Origin: Bdellovibrionales bacterium
GTDB lineage: Bacteria; Bdellovibrionota; UBA1018; CAIMNF01
DNA: 64,000 nt
Assembly (NCBI GenBank): GCA_040380025.1
Contig: JBEIJY010000009.1
Span: 6,341-70,340, forward strand
Direction of reading: 5' to 3'
Position 1 is the stretch's first letter. Each line of letters opens with the position of its first letter. Both the position numbers and the translations under genes were made by a program. Shown in pieces: positions 29,123 to 39,180 of this stretch. Below the pieces are notes generated by a model. That model was not told the origin of the DNA, did no database searches, and saw only the letters and a list, made by a program, of their open reading frames with translations.

Positions 29123-29607
29123 CAGGAATTCCCCCGTTTCACCTTGAGCGAGAGCGTCAGCAAGAATTCCGCCACCGGCTCGGTCCCGAACTTCGAAGGA
29201 ACGGTCGCCGTCACCGGCACCGGAACCTCCACGCGCTCGCCGGTCTCTTCGGCCTTTTGAACTGCGGCCGCGATCTCGCGTCCGACCGTGCAGGTAAAAA
29301 AGGTCTCGCCCTCGGCGCGCTTCAAGAATTTCGCCGTGAAATCCTTGAAGATCAGGGAGCTGTTTTTTGTTTTCCGCTCGCGAAAAAGCTTGGCCGCGAT
29401 GAGGCCCCCGGCCGCATCCGCCCCGATGCAAAGTGCACCGAAGTACATGGACCCGAGGTGGTTCCGGTTTTTTCGGCGAAACGGGATCGAAACGACACAG
29501 GATTCGTCGGTGAGAGAGACCACCTTCGGGCCCGCAGCGAACAAGAGGGGAATTTTGGCAATCGAAAACGCCCTGAGAAACAGGGTCTCTTTGAGAGAAA
29601 ATGACAT
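29122..29607 (-). CDS. Hotdog-fold thioesterase-like protein (DUF4442 / PaaI-like)
   Basis: 'PFRRKNRNHLGSMYFGALCIGADAAGGLIA'. Its stop overlaps the downstream ATG (TGATG). Confidence 0.55.
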   Translation of the reverse strand: MSFSLKETLFLRAFSIAKIPLLFAAGPKVVSLTDESCVVSIPFRRKNRNHLGSMYFGALCIGADAAGGLIAAKLFRERKTKNSSLIFKDFTAKFLKRAEGETFFTCTVGREIAAAVQKAEETGERVEVPVPVTATVPSKFGTEPVAEFLLTLSLKVKRGNS

Positions 29608-29669
29608 GCAAAAAACCATAGCGGAAGGAAACCTTCCGCGCCATGCCTTAGTTCATCCTGGGTTCGACC

Positions 29670-30467
29670 TCAGTTCAAGCGGCAATCCGGAAGAGCGCCT
29701 TTCGCGCGCAAGGCTTCGTACGCCGGAAGATGTTCCGGAATGTGAGCATTCAGATTCGAGATGCGCGTGGTGCCCGACGGGTGGGTCGACATCCATTCCG
29801 GCGGTCCCTTCCCGCCGGAAGCCGCCATCATGTTGTTCCAGAGATCGACACTCTGGCGCGGATCGAATCCGGCCTTGGACATCAGATCCAGCCCGATCAG
29901 ATCGGCCTCGCTCTCTTGGGTGCGGCTGAAGGGCAGAAGCGCCCCGAACTGAACCCCCACGCCGAGAGCCCCGAGAATCATCCGCTTGTTGTTCTCTTCC
30001 ATTTTGCCCAAGGCAAGCTGGGTCGACCCCAAGACCAGCGCCGCAAGCTGACCCTGCGAGACCCGCTCATTGCCGTGACGGGCGATCACATGCCCCACCT
30101 CGTGCCCCAGAACGGCCGCAAGCTGATCGGGGGTTTTTGCAACCGGAAGAATCCCGGTATGCACCCCGATTTTTCCGCCAGGGAGTGCGAACGCGTTGGC
30201 AGAGGGCTCCCGGAACACCACGACTTCCCACGAAGGAACTTCGAACTTCCCCTTCACGGCATCGGTGATGGGACGGGTGATGCACTGAACGTAGGCGTTG
30301 ATCTTCGGGTCGCGTTCAATCGGAACTTTCTGCTTCATCTCCTCGAACGACTGTGCGCCCAAGGAGTTCATCTGGGAGTCGCCCAGCATGACAATTTGCC
30401 TCCGTCCAAGAGGTGAGGTCGCACACGCCACCAAAACCAGGGCAATCAAAAGCGAAAGGGATCTCAT
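29670..30467 (-). CDS. M48 family metallopeptidase (lipoprotein)
   Basis: Lipobox 'LVAC', zinc motif 'HEVGHVIARH' and downstream 'ESEAD'. Confidence 0.85.
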   Translation of the reverse strand: MRSLSLLIALVLVACATSPLGRRQIVMLGDSQMNSLGAQSFEEMKQKVPIERDPKINAYVQCITRPITDAVKGKFEVPSWEVVVFREPSANAFALPGGKIGVHTGILPVAKTPDQLAAVLGHEVGHVIARHGNERVSQGQLAALVLGSTQLALGKMEENNKRMILGALGVGVQFGALLPFSRTQESEADLIGLDLMSKAGFDPRQSVDLWNNMMAASGGKGPPEWMSTHPSGTTRISNLNAHIPEHLPAYEALRAKGALPDCRLN

Positions 30468-31555
30468 CGTCTGACCTCCTCATGAAACATCATTCGAAGC
30501 CTGCGGATGCGGTCATCGGTCCGGACCGGATGAACGCGGTTGGTAAGCAAAATCGCATAATCCCCGGAGTCGAGATCCATCCAAAGGGAGGTTCCGGTGA
30601 ATCCCAAGTGACCGATGGAACTTCGTGAGAACGCGAATCCTGTCGACCCTGTTCCGTCACGCGCCGGCGCATCGAACCCGCGGGCGCGGACGACTCCGCT
30701 CGAATCCGCAATCGTTTGCGAGAACAGACCCAGGGTTCTCATCGAAACCCACTCTTCCCGGAACAGCGCCTCCATCCAAGCCTGCACGTCGCGAAGCCTT
30801 CCGAATAGCCCTGCGTGCCCGGCCACACCTCCGCGCGACCAGGCATTGTCGTCATGGACTTCTCCCTGAAGAAATCCCCTCCAAGGGCAAACCTCGGTCG
30901 CAAGGACCTCTTCGGACGAATCGCGCCTTTCGGCCCCGACGGGCCGATACTGAAGCCTGAGCCCCGGAACTTCCGAAAACAGCGAATTCGCATCCGAAAG
31001 AAGATCCTTCGAGAGAATTCGTTCGAGCAGAAGGAATCCGAGATCGGAATAAATCACTTTCTCGCCGGGGGCACATTCCGGCACGACCACATCGACCAGC
31101 GAATCGAAGTGGGCCCGGCGTACCGACGGAGGCACCAAGCGGAGGGCATCGCCGAAGCGATCGCGCATGGCCTGATAGAACGGCCTCCAAGCCGGAAGCC
31201 CCGAAGTATGAGTCAGGAGGCCGGCAAGAGAGATGGTGGCCGCTTTCGGGTTCTCGCGCACATATCCGGGCAACAGACGTGAAAGGCGGTCCTCCAAAAG
31301 AACCTCTCCCCGCTCCACCCGCACCATGGCAAGAAGCGTGGTCGAGAGAATCTTCGTCAGCGAGGCGAGATCAAAGAACGAATCGGGACCCGTGGGAGAC
31401 GCACCGGACTCATGCGAATGAAAGCCAAGGTAAATTTCGCGCGGAGAGACACCGTCTCGGATCTCGTCGATTCTGCCGTACGAGGCCGCCATTCCCGATC
31501 CGATTCGTTGATCGAGCGCGGACTGCAAAAGACGCCTGATCCGGAGGTCTTTCAT
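30464..31555 (-). CDS. Serine hydrolase, beta-lactamase / transpeptidase-like family
   Basis: S-x-x-K motif 'SLTK'. Class C-like fold length (363 aa). Confidence 0.75.
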   Translation of the reverse strand: MKDLRIRRLLQSALDQRIGSGMAASYGRIDEIRDGVSPREIYLGFHSHESGASPTGPDSFFDLASLTKILSTTLLAMVRVERGEVLLEDRLSRLLPGYVRENPKAATISLAGLLTHTSGLPAWRPFYQAMRDRFGDALRLVPPSVRRAHFDSLVDVVVPECAPGEKVIYSDLGFLLLERILSKDLLSDANSLFSEVPGLRLQYRPVGAERRDSSEEVLATEVCPWRGFLQGEVHDDNAWSRGGVAGHAGLFGRLRDVQAWMEALFREEWVSMRTLGLFSQTIADSSGVVRARGFDAPARDGTGSTGFAFSRSSIGHLGFTGTSLWMDLDSGDYAILLTNRVHPVRTDDRIRRLRMMFHEEVRR

Positions 31556-32809
31556 CTAGATGACCCAGGTCTCGCTTGCGATGGCACGCCCCGAGCGGAA
31601 GCGTTCTCCCGAAAGTTCGGTGAGGTCGAGGGTCTCATAGCGATTCTTCACGATCCGCTCGGCCAAGGCGATGCCAACCGCATAGCTCTGCATGGCACCA
31701 TGTCCCGAAAAAGAATGGGCCTCGAAAACAGAGTCGGAGCCGGGAACCGCGGCACCGATGATGGCGTGATGATCGGGCGAGTTTTCATAAAGTCCGGCCC
31801 ATCCGCTCACATGACGGAGGCTCTCGAAAGCCGTCGATCGCTCGTAGAGCGCGGGCCAGATGTGCTCCTCGAAGAACGCATCGGCATCGTAATGAAAATT
31901 GAAGCCCTCTTTTTCATTCCGGTTCGCAAATCCCGAAAGCCCGTAGATCGACTCGGGGTGGAAGTACACTCCACTCGGATCGATGATCATGCCATAGGGA
32001 GTAAGATCCAGATCCCGCGCATGAAAGAGCGAAATCTGCCGCCGCATCGGCGCCGAGGGGCACTCGTAGCCGAGGATTCCGGCAAGCTTCGGAGCCCAGG
32101 CCCCGGCCGCATTCACCACCTTTTCGCACTCGATCTCGATCCACTCTCCGGGAATTCCCGAAAAAGCCTCGGACGAGGCCGGATTTTCTTGCAGAATCCT
32201 TCGTTTTTCTTCGCTCTTCAAAAGCTCCGAGAACCGAAAGGCGCGGATCTTCCATTTGCCGCCTGCACCGCCGTTCGAGCCGGTCACGAACACGCCATCC
32301 AGAAACCTCGCTCCGCGCGCCGACGCTTCTTCGCGAAAGTGTTCCTTCAGACGATTCGGATTCACGAGGCCGTCCTTCACGCCAAAGAGCGCACCGGCAA
32401 GGTCATCGACCTTGTCGATCACGGGAAAGCGCTCGCGAATTCCCTTCTGATCGAACACATCGACCTGCCAGCCATGCGAGACATGCATCTCGCGCGCCTT
32501 CAGGGCCGTCTCGAAGGTCCCGGGCCGGTGGAGCCAGAGATAGCCGCAATCGCGATACCCCACCGCTTCGGCCACGGTCTGAAAGTATTCGATCGAGAAC
32601 TTGGATGCGAGGAGGTTCACTTTTTGCGACCAGGTCGCGCGGACCCCGCCGGCGTTCAGCTCACTGCTGCTCCATTCGCCCGAGAGATCAAGATCGACGG
32701 TCGTGACAGCGGACACACCGAGGCGCGAAAGCCCCATTGCGATCGCACTTCCGATCAGGCCGCCACCGATCACCAAAATGTCTGTTTTTTGCGCTTTCAA
32801 ATCCGGCAT
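31556..32809 (-). CDS. FAD-dependent oxidoreductase (DAO family)
   Basis: N-terminal dinucleotide fold 'DILVIGGGLIGSAIA'. 417 aa. Confidence 0.8.
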   Translation of the reverse strand: MPDLKAQKTDILVIGGGLIGSAIAMGLSRLGVSAVTTVDLDLSGEWSSSELNAGGVRATWSQKVNLLASKFSIEYFQTVAEAVGYRDCGYLWLHRPGTFETALKAREMHVSHGWQVDVFDQKGIRERFPVIDKVDDLAGALFGVKDGLVNPNRLKEHFREEASARGARFLDGVFVTGSNGGAGGKWKIRAFRFSELLKSEEKRRILQENPASSEAFSGIPGEWIEIECEKVVNAAGAWAPKLAGILGYECPSAPMRRQISLFHARDLDLTPYGMIIDPSGVYFHPESIYGLSGFANRNEKEGFNFHYDADAFFEEHIWPALYERSTAFESLRHVSGWAGLYENSPDHHAIIGAAVPGSDSVFEAHSFSGHGAMQSYAVGIALAERIVKNRYETLDLTELSGERFRSGRAIASETWVI

Positions 32810-32815
32810 GGGTCA

Positions 32816-33748
32816 TCACCACATCATTTCTGTGAAGGTTTCTGAGATGATCCTGGGCTCGCCGTTCTCTTCGGCGATGTACAAGATCTTTGTCCCCCGC
32901 GACACAAGCCCCTTTTGTCCGTTCCGAAGCGTCGATTCGTAATCCTGGGTGAACATCATCATCGTGTACTTCGGATGGCGGAAGAAGTACGGGTCGCTCG
33001 CGTTCACGCGGATATTCGAGTATTTTTTGGTCAGAATCGCCTTGTAGTCCTTCCACGACACCCGATCGAAGAGGCGCCCCTTGATGGGCGAGGCGAAGTC
33101 GGTGTGATAATGCCTCATGTACCGCTCGACATCACGGCTCTCCCAGTCGCGGATCCACGATTCGAAAAACCGGTGGAGCTTTTCGTCCCTTCCGCCCTTC
33201 TGGTAATCGGGCGTGAGCGCATCGAAAATCAGCACCGGTGTCAGGCCGACCTGAATGAAGTTCTGGACTTCGGTCAATTCCTCATTCCGGAGAACCACGC
33301 ACCCTTCGCTGTCGAAATCCTTCTTCAGCCGGTCCGGTTCATTCGTGCCATGAAGCATGATGTTGTTGCCGGTGCTGTCGGCGATCCGGTCATAGTGATT
33401 GGGATAATTGATGTAAAACGCCATCGCGCCGAACTTGGCCTTCAGCTTCGGCGGAAGAATCTTGGAAGTGAACTGGTAGACCCCTTCGGGCGTTTTGAGA
33501 TCGCCCTCGGTTTCTTTGTCGCCTTTCACCTTGCCGGTGGTGGTGTGATAGGTTTTCAGGATTTTGAAGGAGTCATCAGACTCATAGTGGGCCACATGCA
33601 GAAGATTGGTTTTTTTGTCGACCAGAATGAGCGTGTGCAAGTGCCCGGAATGGGACGAGCGCACGACCGCGTGAACGGAATGCGAAGGCAGAAAGGCTCC
33701 AAGCAGTGCGGCCACAAGGACCGCAGACCGGAAAATCACGGTGTGCAT
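32816..33748 (-). CDS. L,D-transpeptidase family protein (secreted)
   Basis: Signal peptide and a YkuD catalytic region 'MLHGTNE...SEGCVVL'. Confidence 0.8.
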   Translation of the reverse strand: MHTVIFRSAVLVAALLGAFLPSHSVHAVVRSSHSGHLHTLILVDKKTNLLHVAHYESDDSFKILKTYHTTTGKVKGDKETEGDLKTPEGVYQFTSKILPPKLKAKFGAMAFYINYPNHYDRIADSTGNNIMLHGTNEPDRLKKDFDSEGCVVLRNEELTEVQNFIQVGLTPVLIFDALTPDYQKGGRDEKLHRFFESWIRDWESRDVERYMRHYHTDFASPIKGRLFDRVSWKDYKAILTKKYSNIRVNASDPYFFRHPKYTMMMFTQDYESTLRNGQKGLVSRGTKILYIAEENGEPRIISETFTEMMW

Positions 33749-33775
33749 CTCGTCGGGCAGTTTAACCGGTTTTGA

Positions 33776-34492
33776 TCAGGTTTTAAAGCGGAGTTTCGGA
33801 ACGAGCGCAAGCGCCTCGAACACAATCCTGGAGCTCATCTTGGACTTTCCGACGCGACGGTCCTCGAACACGATCGGGAACTCCACATAACGGAACCCTT
33901 TGCGAAAGGCGCGGTACTTCAGCTCGATCTGAAACGAATACCCTCCGGCCTCGAGGGTCGCGAGATTGATACCCTCAAGCACCTTCCGATTCCACCCGTT
34001 GAACCCGCCGGTGAAGTCACGAATGGTCGCTCCGAGCACCATCCGGGCATACAAACTGCCTCCCCGGCTGATGATCTTGCGAAGCAAGCCCCAGTTCACG
34101 GTGCCCCCGCCTTGAACATAGCGGGACCCGATCACATAATCATGCTTTTGAAGAAGAGCGAGCATGGTCGGAAGAAACACGGGATTGTGCGAAAAGTCTG
34201 CGTCCATCTCGATCAGCTGATCGAAGCCCTGCTCGAAGCCCCAACGAAAACCCGCGATGTATGCAGGCCCGAGACCCTCTTTTTTGGTTCGGTGCAGGAC
34301 ATGAATCCGAGGCTCTTTCGCAGAAAGCTCGTCGGCTTTTTTTCCGGTTCCATCGGGCGAGCCGTCATCGACGATCAGAACATGAACCGACGGAGGAGTT
34401 CGCTCCATCACCGCACGGGCGATGGGCTCGAGGTTTTCGATTTCATTGTAGGTCGGAATGATGACCAGCGCTCTGGTCCCTGAGCTTTCCAT
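33776..34492 (-). CDS. Family 2 glycosyltransferase, polyprenyl-phosphate sugar transferase (Dpm1-like)
   Basis: 'VIIPTYNE', 'DDGSPDGT' and 'DADFSHNP' motifs. Confidence 0.85.
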   Translation of the reverse strand: MESSGTRALVIIPTYNEIENLEPIARAVMERTPPSVHVLIVDDGSPDGTGKKADELSAKEPRIHVLHRTKKEGLGPAYIAGFRWGFEQGFDQLIEMDADFSHNPVFLPTMLALLQKHDYVIGSRYVQGGGTVNWGLLRKIISRGGSLYARMVLGATIRDFTGGFNGWNRKVLEGINLATLEAGGYSFQIELKYRAFRKGFRYVEFPIVFEDRRVGKSKMSSRIVFEALALVPKLRFKT

Positions 34493-34999
34493 TTAAAACG
34501 GAACGTCTTCTTCGGTGAAGGTCGGCTCAGACTGAAACGATGCTCCGGCCGAATAATTCGGTGCGGAATACCCACCGCCTGCACCGCCGGAATTCCCGTA
34601 GTTGTTGGAATTCCCGTAGGAGGAGCCCGCGTTTCCGTAGTTCCCCGCACCTTGATCGGCCGAGCGTCCTGCTGCGCCACCCAGGAACTGAACGGTTTGC
34701 GCCACGACTTCGGTTGTGTAGCGGGTTTGATTGTCTTTGTCCTGCCAAGAACGGGTCTGGAGCTTGCCTTCGATGTACGCCTGACGGCCTTTTTGAAGGT
34801 ATTGGCCGCAGATCTCAGCAAGGCGACCGAACACGACAACACGATGCCATTCGGTCTTTTCTTGCTTCTGACCGTTTTTGTCGGTCCAAGATTCGTTGGT
34901 GGCGATGCTCAGATTGCAGATGGCCTGCCCTGAAGCGGAATGCTTTACTTCTGGATTCTGCCCCAGATTCCCGATCAGAATCACTTTATTCACTGACAT
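34493..34999 (-). CDS. ssb: Single-stranded DNA-binding protein
   Basis: OB-fold N-terminus '[16 protein letters not shown]', a Gly/Asn-rich linker and an acidic tip '...EEDVPF'. Confidence 0.93.
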   Translation of the reverse strand: MSVNKVILIGNLGQNPEVKHSASGQAICNLSIATNESWTDKNGQKQEKTEWHRVVVFGRLAEICGQYLQKGRQAYIEGKLQTRSWQDKDNQTRYTTEVVAQTVQFLGGAAGRSADQGAGNYGNAGSSYGNSNNYGNSGGAGGGYSAPNYSAGASFQSEPTFTEEDVPF

Positions 35000-35031
35000 G
35001 CCTCTGACTTACGCCGGATCATTCCCGCAAG

Positions 35032-35469
35032 TCAAGGGATCTTCGGACGCACTCCGGAACGCTTGGGCTTTTCGGGGAAAGGAATGCCTTTTTCTTCGAA
35101 TTTTTTTCGCCAGGCCTCTTCGACCTGCCGTACTGCTTTCTTGCGGTCTGAAAGGTAGAGAATCGGATCAAATCCGCAATCCGGGCACGCCACCGACCCG
35201 CGCATCTTGAGCCGGTACGCGACCTCCATGACCAGCCCGACCGGAACCAGGAAGGCCAGCACCCCTTTGAAGCCCATCCACGGCCAGAACATGGCCGAGA
35301 AAAAAGCAGTTGTGATCGCGATCTGCGAAAAGAACTTGAGAGAGCCGGCTTTCGCCGGAGGCGACTGCCATCGCTCGCGCTTGCAACCCACGCAATAAAA
35401 TCGGAACGGCTCGCCCCGCGAGGCACGGAACAACCACTCCATCCTGGAACTCCGGTTTTCAGGCACCAT
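35032..35469 (-). CDS. Hypothetical membrane protein with two CxxC pairs (DUF2085-like zinc ribbon)
   Basis: 'CVGC...CPDC' and TM helices 'IAITTAFFSAMFW' and 'VLAFLVPVGLVM'. Confidence 0.4.
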   Translation of the reverse strand: MVPENRSSRMEWLFRASRGEPFRFYCVGCKRERWQSPPAKAGSLKFFSQIAITTAFFSAMFWPWMGFKGVLAFLVPVGLVMEVAYRLKMRGSVACPDCGFDPILYLSDRKKAVRQVEEAWRKKFEEKGIPFPEKPKRSGVRPKIP

Positions 35470-35517
35470 TGAAACTCCTTTTCAACTCCGCCACAAGAAG
35501 AGTATACCAAGAGTTCG

Positions 35518-36717
35518 ATGAAAAACGATGCGAAAACCTTCTCACTTGCGGTGGCCCCCGTTTTCCCTGCGCACTGGACGGGCGTGCTCGACGAGGCCAT
35601 TCCGTCCCTGGTGAAGGAACGGTTTTCGCCCTCCGAGTCTTGGAAGAGCAAGCCTTTCTCGAAAGAAGACGTGCTGTTCTTCTCGAAGGGACTCATGGAA
35701 CTTTCGGGGTTTTTCACGACCGAGCGCGAAGGCGAGACTCTTCCGAACTACTTCACCACCGCCAAATTCCGGTCGAGTTATTTTTTGTACTTCTTCGGCC
35801 TTCAGGGCGCCAAGTTCCTGACCCTCTTCGACCGCCACCCGAGGGCGATCGAGGCCGCGCTCGATCACGCGAAAAAAACCAAGGTATTCCGGGTGATCGA
35901 TGTCGGCTCGGGCCCGGGAACGGCATCCCTCGCCCTTCTTTGTTTTTTGCTCGAGCGGTTCGAAAAAAAGAAAACAAAACTCCCCTTCCGGATCGAGCTC
36001 GTCTGGATCGATCACAACGATTCGATCATGAAGGACGGAGCGGGACTGCTCGCGAAGATCATCGCCCGCTTTCCCGACCTCGAGGGCGACATCCAGCTCA
36101 AAACCGAGGCACGCGCCTGGTGGAAGCACCCGAAAGGGTTTGATTTCGATGCCTCGCTTGTTCTCTTCGGGAACGTATTAAACGAGTGCCCGGACGATCC
36201 CCGGATTTTTCTGCAGGGCCTGGCCCCCTTCCTGCGCGACCCGAAGGGCGGCGGCGTGCTCCTGGTCGAGCCCGCCTTCCGCGAGGCAAGCCAGCGCCTG
36301 AGCCGGATCCGGGATGAGGTCGCGCTCCGCGAATCGCCGCTTCCGGTCTGGGGGCCTTGCCTGCACTCCGGAAAGTGCCCGCTCGCCCAAGGAAAAAACT
36401 GGTGCCACTTTTCGGTTCCCGCCGAGCTCCCGGGAAGCTTCTTCCGGAAGTTCTCGATCAAGCTGGGAGGGGTCCGCGAGTGGTTGAAGTTCTCGTTCCT
36501 TTGGATCGCAAGCCGCGACTCCGAAAAACCCGCGCGCCCCCCGAAAGGCCTCGTGCGCGTGGTGAGCGATCCGATCCGGACCGCGCGCGGCCTCCAGAAT
36601 CTGATCTGCCGGCCCGAGCGCTTCACCTACGAAAACGCCAAGAAAAAACCAGTCTTCCGCGGAGATGTCATTCATGATTCCCTACTACAACCGGGTCACC
36701 CGAAAAGTCGAAACTGA
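35518..36717 (+). CDS. Rsm22-like SAM-dependent methyltransferase (small-subunit ribosomal methyltransferase family, COG5459)
   Basis: SAM motif 'VIDVGSGPGTASLAL', 'GNVLNEC' and a C-terminal cysteine cluster 'WGPCLHSGKCPL...WCHFS'. Confidence 0.6.
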   Translation: MKNDAKTFSLAVAPVFPAHWTGVLDEAIPSLVKERFSPSESWKSKPFSKEDVLFFSKGLMELSGFFTTEREGETLPNYFTTAKFRSSYFLYFFGLQGAKFLTLFDRHPRAIEAALDHAKKTKVFRVIDVGSGPGTASLALLCFLLERFEKKKTKLPFRIELVWIDHNDSIMKDGAGLLAKIIARFPDLEGDIQLKTEARAWWKHPKGFDFDASLVLFGNVLNECPDDPRIFLQGLAPFLRDPKGGGVLLVEPAFREASQRLSRIRDEVALRESPLPVWGPCLHSGKCPLAQGKNWCHFSVPAELPGSFFRKFSIKLGGVREWLKFSFLWIASRDSEKPARPPKGLVRVVSDPIRTARGLQNLICRPERFTYENAKKKPVFRGDVIHDSLLQPGHPKSRN

Positions 36718-37597
36718 GAAAGTCTATGGCGGCGCCTGGCTCGATTGGGCCTACCGGAACCGCGTCGGCTTTTTTTTGACGGACCGAATTTTCTCGAAGC
36801 GATGGGTCAGCCGCCTTTTCGGCGCCTTCGAGGACTCCACCCTGAGCCGCGCGAAGATCGCGGACTTCATCGAGAAATACGGAATCGGAATGGAGGAATT
36901 CGAAGAGGCATCGTACTCTTGCTTCAATGATTTCTTCATCCGGCGTTTCAAGCCGGGGAAACGCCCCTTTCCGGCGGACTCCGGAACCTTCGCGGCCGGC
37001 GCCGAAGCGCGGTATCTGGCTTTCTCCTGCCTGGGCTCGGAGCAGAAATTCAAAGTGAAAGGGATCGACATCGATCTTGCCGAGCTCCTCCGGGATCCTG
37101 ATCTGGCCGAGCGCTTCGCGGGGGGATCGGTCCTGATCGCCCGTCTTTGTCCGGTCGATTACCACCGGTTTCATTTTCCGTTCACAGGAAGACTCTTGCG
37201 TCATTTTCGTGTCGCCGGTCGCTATCACTCGGTGAACCCCGTGGCTCTCGAGGCCGCTCCTCGGGTTTTTCTCGAAAACGAGCGTCAAATCGCTGTCCTC
37301 GAGCATCCGCAGGGTGGAATGACCGCCATGATCGAGGTGGGAGCGCTCGGAGTCGGGAAAATCGTGCAAACCGCCTACGATACCGGAACCTCCCTACCGC
37401 TTGCATTTGAAATGGGCGCCGAAAAAGGTTATTTTTTATTTGGGGGGTCTACCGTGATCTGGATTCTGGAGCGCGGAAAATTCGAGCTGTGCGAAGACCT
37501 CCTCGAAAACAGCGCGCGGGGGATGGAAACATGGGTTCCGCTCGGGCAAAAGCTGGGGAGGATCAAAGGGAGTGAGCAACGGACAGACCCTCATTGA
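36665..37597 (+). CDS. psd: Phosphatidylserine decarboxylase proenzyme
   Basis: 'LCPVDYHRFHFP' and the self-cleavage site region 'FLFGGSTV' (G-S-T). Confidence 0.85.
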   Translation: MSFMIPYYNRVTRKVETEKVYGGAWLDWAYRNRVGFFLTDRIFSKRWVSRLFGAFEDSTLSRAKIADFIEKYGIGMEEFEEASYSCFNDFFIRRFKPGKRPFPADSGTFAAGAEARYLAFSCLGSEQKFKVKGIDIDLAELLRDPDLAERFAGGSVLIARLCPVDYHRFHFPFTGRLLRHFRVAGRYHSVNPVALEAAPRVFLENERQIAVLEHPQGGMTAMIEVGALGVGKIVQTAYDTGTSLPLAFEMGAEKGYFLFGGSTVIWILERGKFELCEDLLENSARGMETWVPLGQKLGRIKGSEQRTDPH

Positions 37598-38591
37598 TGA
37601 CTTGTTCAAGCAGGTCATCGGTCCGTTCTCGGCGACCGGCCTCACTTCCCTTCTTTTCGAGCCCGACAACGTCGAAGACCGTGTCACCAATCTGGTCCGC
37701 ATCTTCGGACTTCATCCTCATCTGGTCCAGCCCTTTCAGGCGCTCATCAAATCGCTGAATCCGCAAGAAGGCGAAACTCCGCTCGAGGAGCACATCCGCT
37801 TTTACACCACTCGCGCAACGCAGTTGTGGCTTCTGGTGAACCTCATGAATCAGGTCTTGAAGGTGAAGGAACTTCAGCTCGATGCCGCCACCGGGAAGCT
37901 CCCGGGCAAGGCCAATGAATTGCTGAAGTTCGCGAACGAGGCGCGAAACGCCTTCGGCGAGGAAAGCCGCTACAAGGACCTCGTGTTCGCGGCCGGGATA
38001 TTGTTCGATTTTGTGATGTATCTTCACAAGTCGACCCTGATGAATCTGGGCGGGGCCAAATTCGATGAGCCCATCAACCAGGCGTATCTTCGTGCGGTCG
38101 AGCAGGGCCAACTGGTCCTGAAGCTCTCCCGCTACAAAAAAAAGCTCACCCACGAAAAACTCACTCCGATCACGGCGTTCGCCCGGCAGTTCGCACAACT
38201 GTGCATTTGCCTTCTCCGACCTTCGGAAGGCCCCGAATTCTACAAAAAACTAAGCACGATCAAGCTGACCGAGCAGGTCCGCCTGTCGCTCGAGACCGGA
38301 AAATTCGGGGTTCACACCGGAACCGTCTCGACCTTCGTGGCACAGATGATTCCCGAATTCTCGCCGCTCGATGAGGCCATGTCGATCTGGGGCGCACCCT
38401 ATCTGGCCTGGCACGGGGAGTTCCGCGACATCCATGATCTGTGCGGAATGGGAATGCTCGCGGCCGCCCTGAAAGAGCGCGTGACCGGAGGAGACTTCAA
38501 GGGCGCGGGCAAGGTCGGAGAAACCCTTCCCGAACTCAAGTATCTCGATCTTGCCCTGACACCGGAGGTGAAGAGTGAAGCTAAAATTTGA
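37572..38591 (+). CDS. Hypothetical protein (339 aa, no recognised domain)
   Basis: Coding-like codon usage. 26-nt overlap with the psd stop. Same-strand operon context. Confidence 0.5.
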   Translation: MSNGQTLIDDLFKQVIGPFSATGLTSLLFEPDNVEDRVTNLVRIFGLHPHLVQPFQALIKSLNPQEGETPLEEHIRFYTTRATQLWLLVNLMNQVLKVKELQLDAATGKLPGKANELLKFANEARNAFGEESRYKDLVFAAGILFDFVMYLHKSTLMNLGGAKFDEPINQAYLRAVEQGQLVLKLSRYKKKLTHEKLTPITAFARQFAQLCICLLRPSEGPEFYKKLSTIKLTEQVRLSLETGKFGVHTGTVSTFVAQMIPEFSPLDEAMSIWGAPYLAWHGEFRDIHDLCGMGMLAAALKERVTGGDFKGAGKVGETLPELKYLDLALTPEVKSEAKI

Positions 38592-39180
38592 ACGCTTCGA
38601 GGGAATCGCCTCCTTCACCATCCGGGGACAGGTGGAGCTTTCGGAGTTCCGGATTCTTGCCATCGGTCTTGAGACTCTGGTGAAAACCATCGAGGAACCT
38701 CTGGTGGTGAACGTGAGCCTCGCCACGATCGACCCGCCCTATGTGAAGACCATGATCGAGCTGAAGAAGATCCTGGCGAAAGCCGCGAAGCAAAAAATCT
38801 ACTGGATCGGGAGGTTCCGGGGCCTCACCGATTACAATGAGCTCTCGCTTTTGTTCGCGCGCCTCGGGGGATTCCGGCTCCGTCAGGTGGGAGAGCGCCT
38901 TGCGCTCGAGGATTCCATTTTTTCGCTGAGTGCGAAACTCGAAGCAATCAAAGCAGAGCTCGAGAAACTGGGCGGCGACGGTGATCAGGCCTCGAAAATC
39001 GTTCTCGAGAACCAAGTGCTGAAGGAACAGAACCGAAGCCTGAAGCGGACCATCCGATTCATGGGAGAACGCATGAAGGACCAGGCCAAGTCGAAGCCGA
39101 GCGACAACGAATACGCGCAAAAGGTACAGCAAGCGCTCGAAGATCTGAAGACCGCCTATGCGACCGAGGTGAAGCTGTGA
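38575..39180 (+). CDS. Hypothetical protein, STAS-like N-terminus + C-terminal coiled coil
   Basis: 201 aa. N-terminal alpha/beta segment followed by heptads 'LEAIKAELEKL...'. Overlaps both neighbours. Confidence 0.45.
   Translation: MKLKFERFEGIASFTIRGQVELSEFRILAIGLETLVKTIEEPLVVNVSLATIDPPYVKTMIELKKILAKAAKQKIYWIGRFRGLTDYNELSLLFARLGGFRLRQVGERLALEDSIFSLSAKLEAIKAELEKLGGDGDQASKIVLENQVLKEQNRSLKRTIRFMGERMKDQAKSKPSDNEYAQKVQQALEDLKTAYATEVKL

Noticed and set aside
28322-29644. Single 440-aa ORF on the minus strand.
   Set aside because: Its upstream third is a frame-shadow across a separately framed hotdog-thioesterase gene. It was split into a methyltransferase (28322-29122) and a thioesterase (29122-29607) joined by a TGATG overlap.
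35019-35717. 232-aa minus-strand ORF in an alternative frame to the 145-aa zinc-ribbon membrane protein.
   Set aside because: Ser/Arg-rich low complexity with no TM or motif. The other frame (35032-35469) has CxxC pairs and hydrophobic helices.
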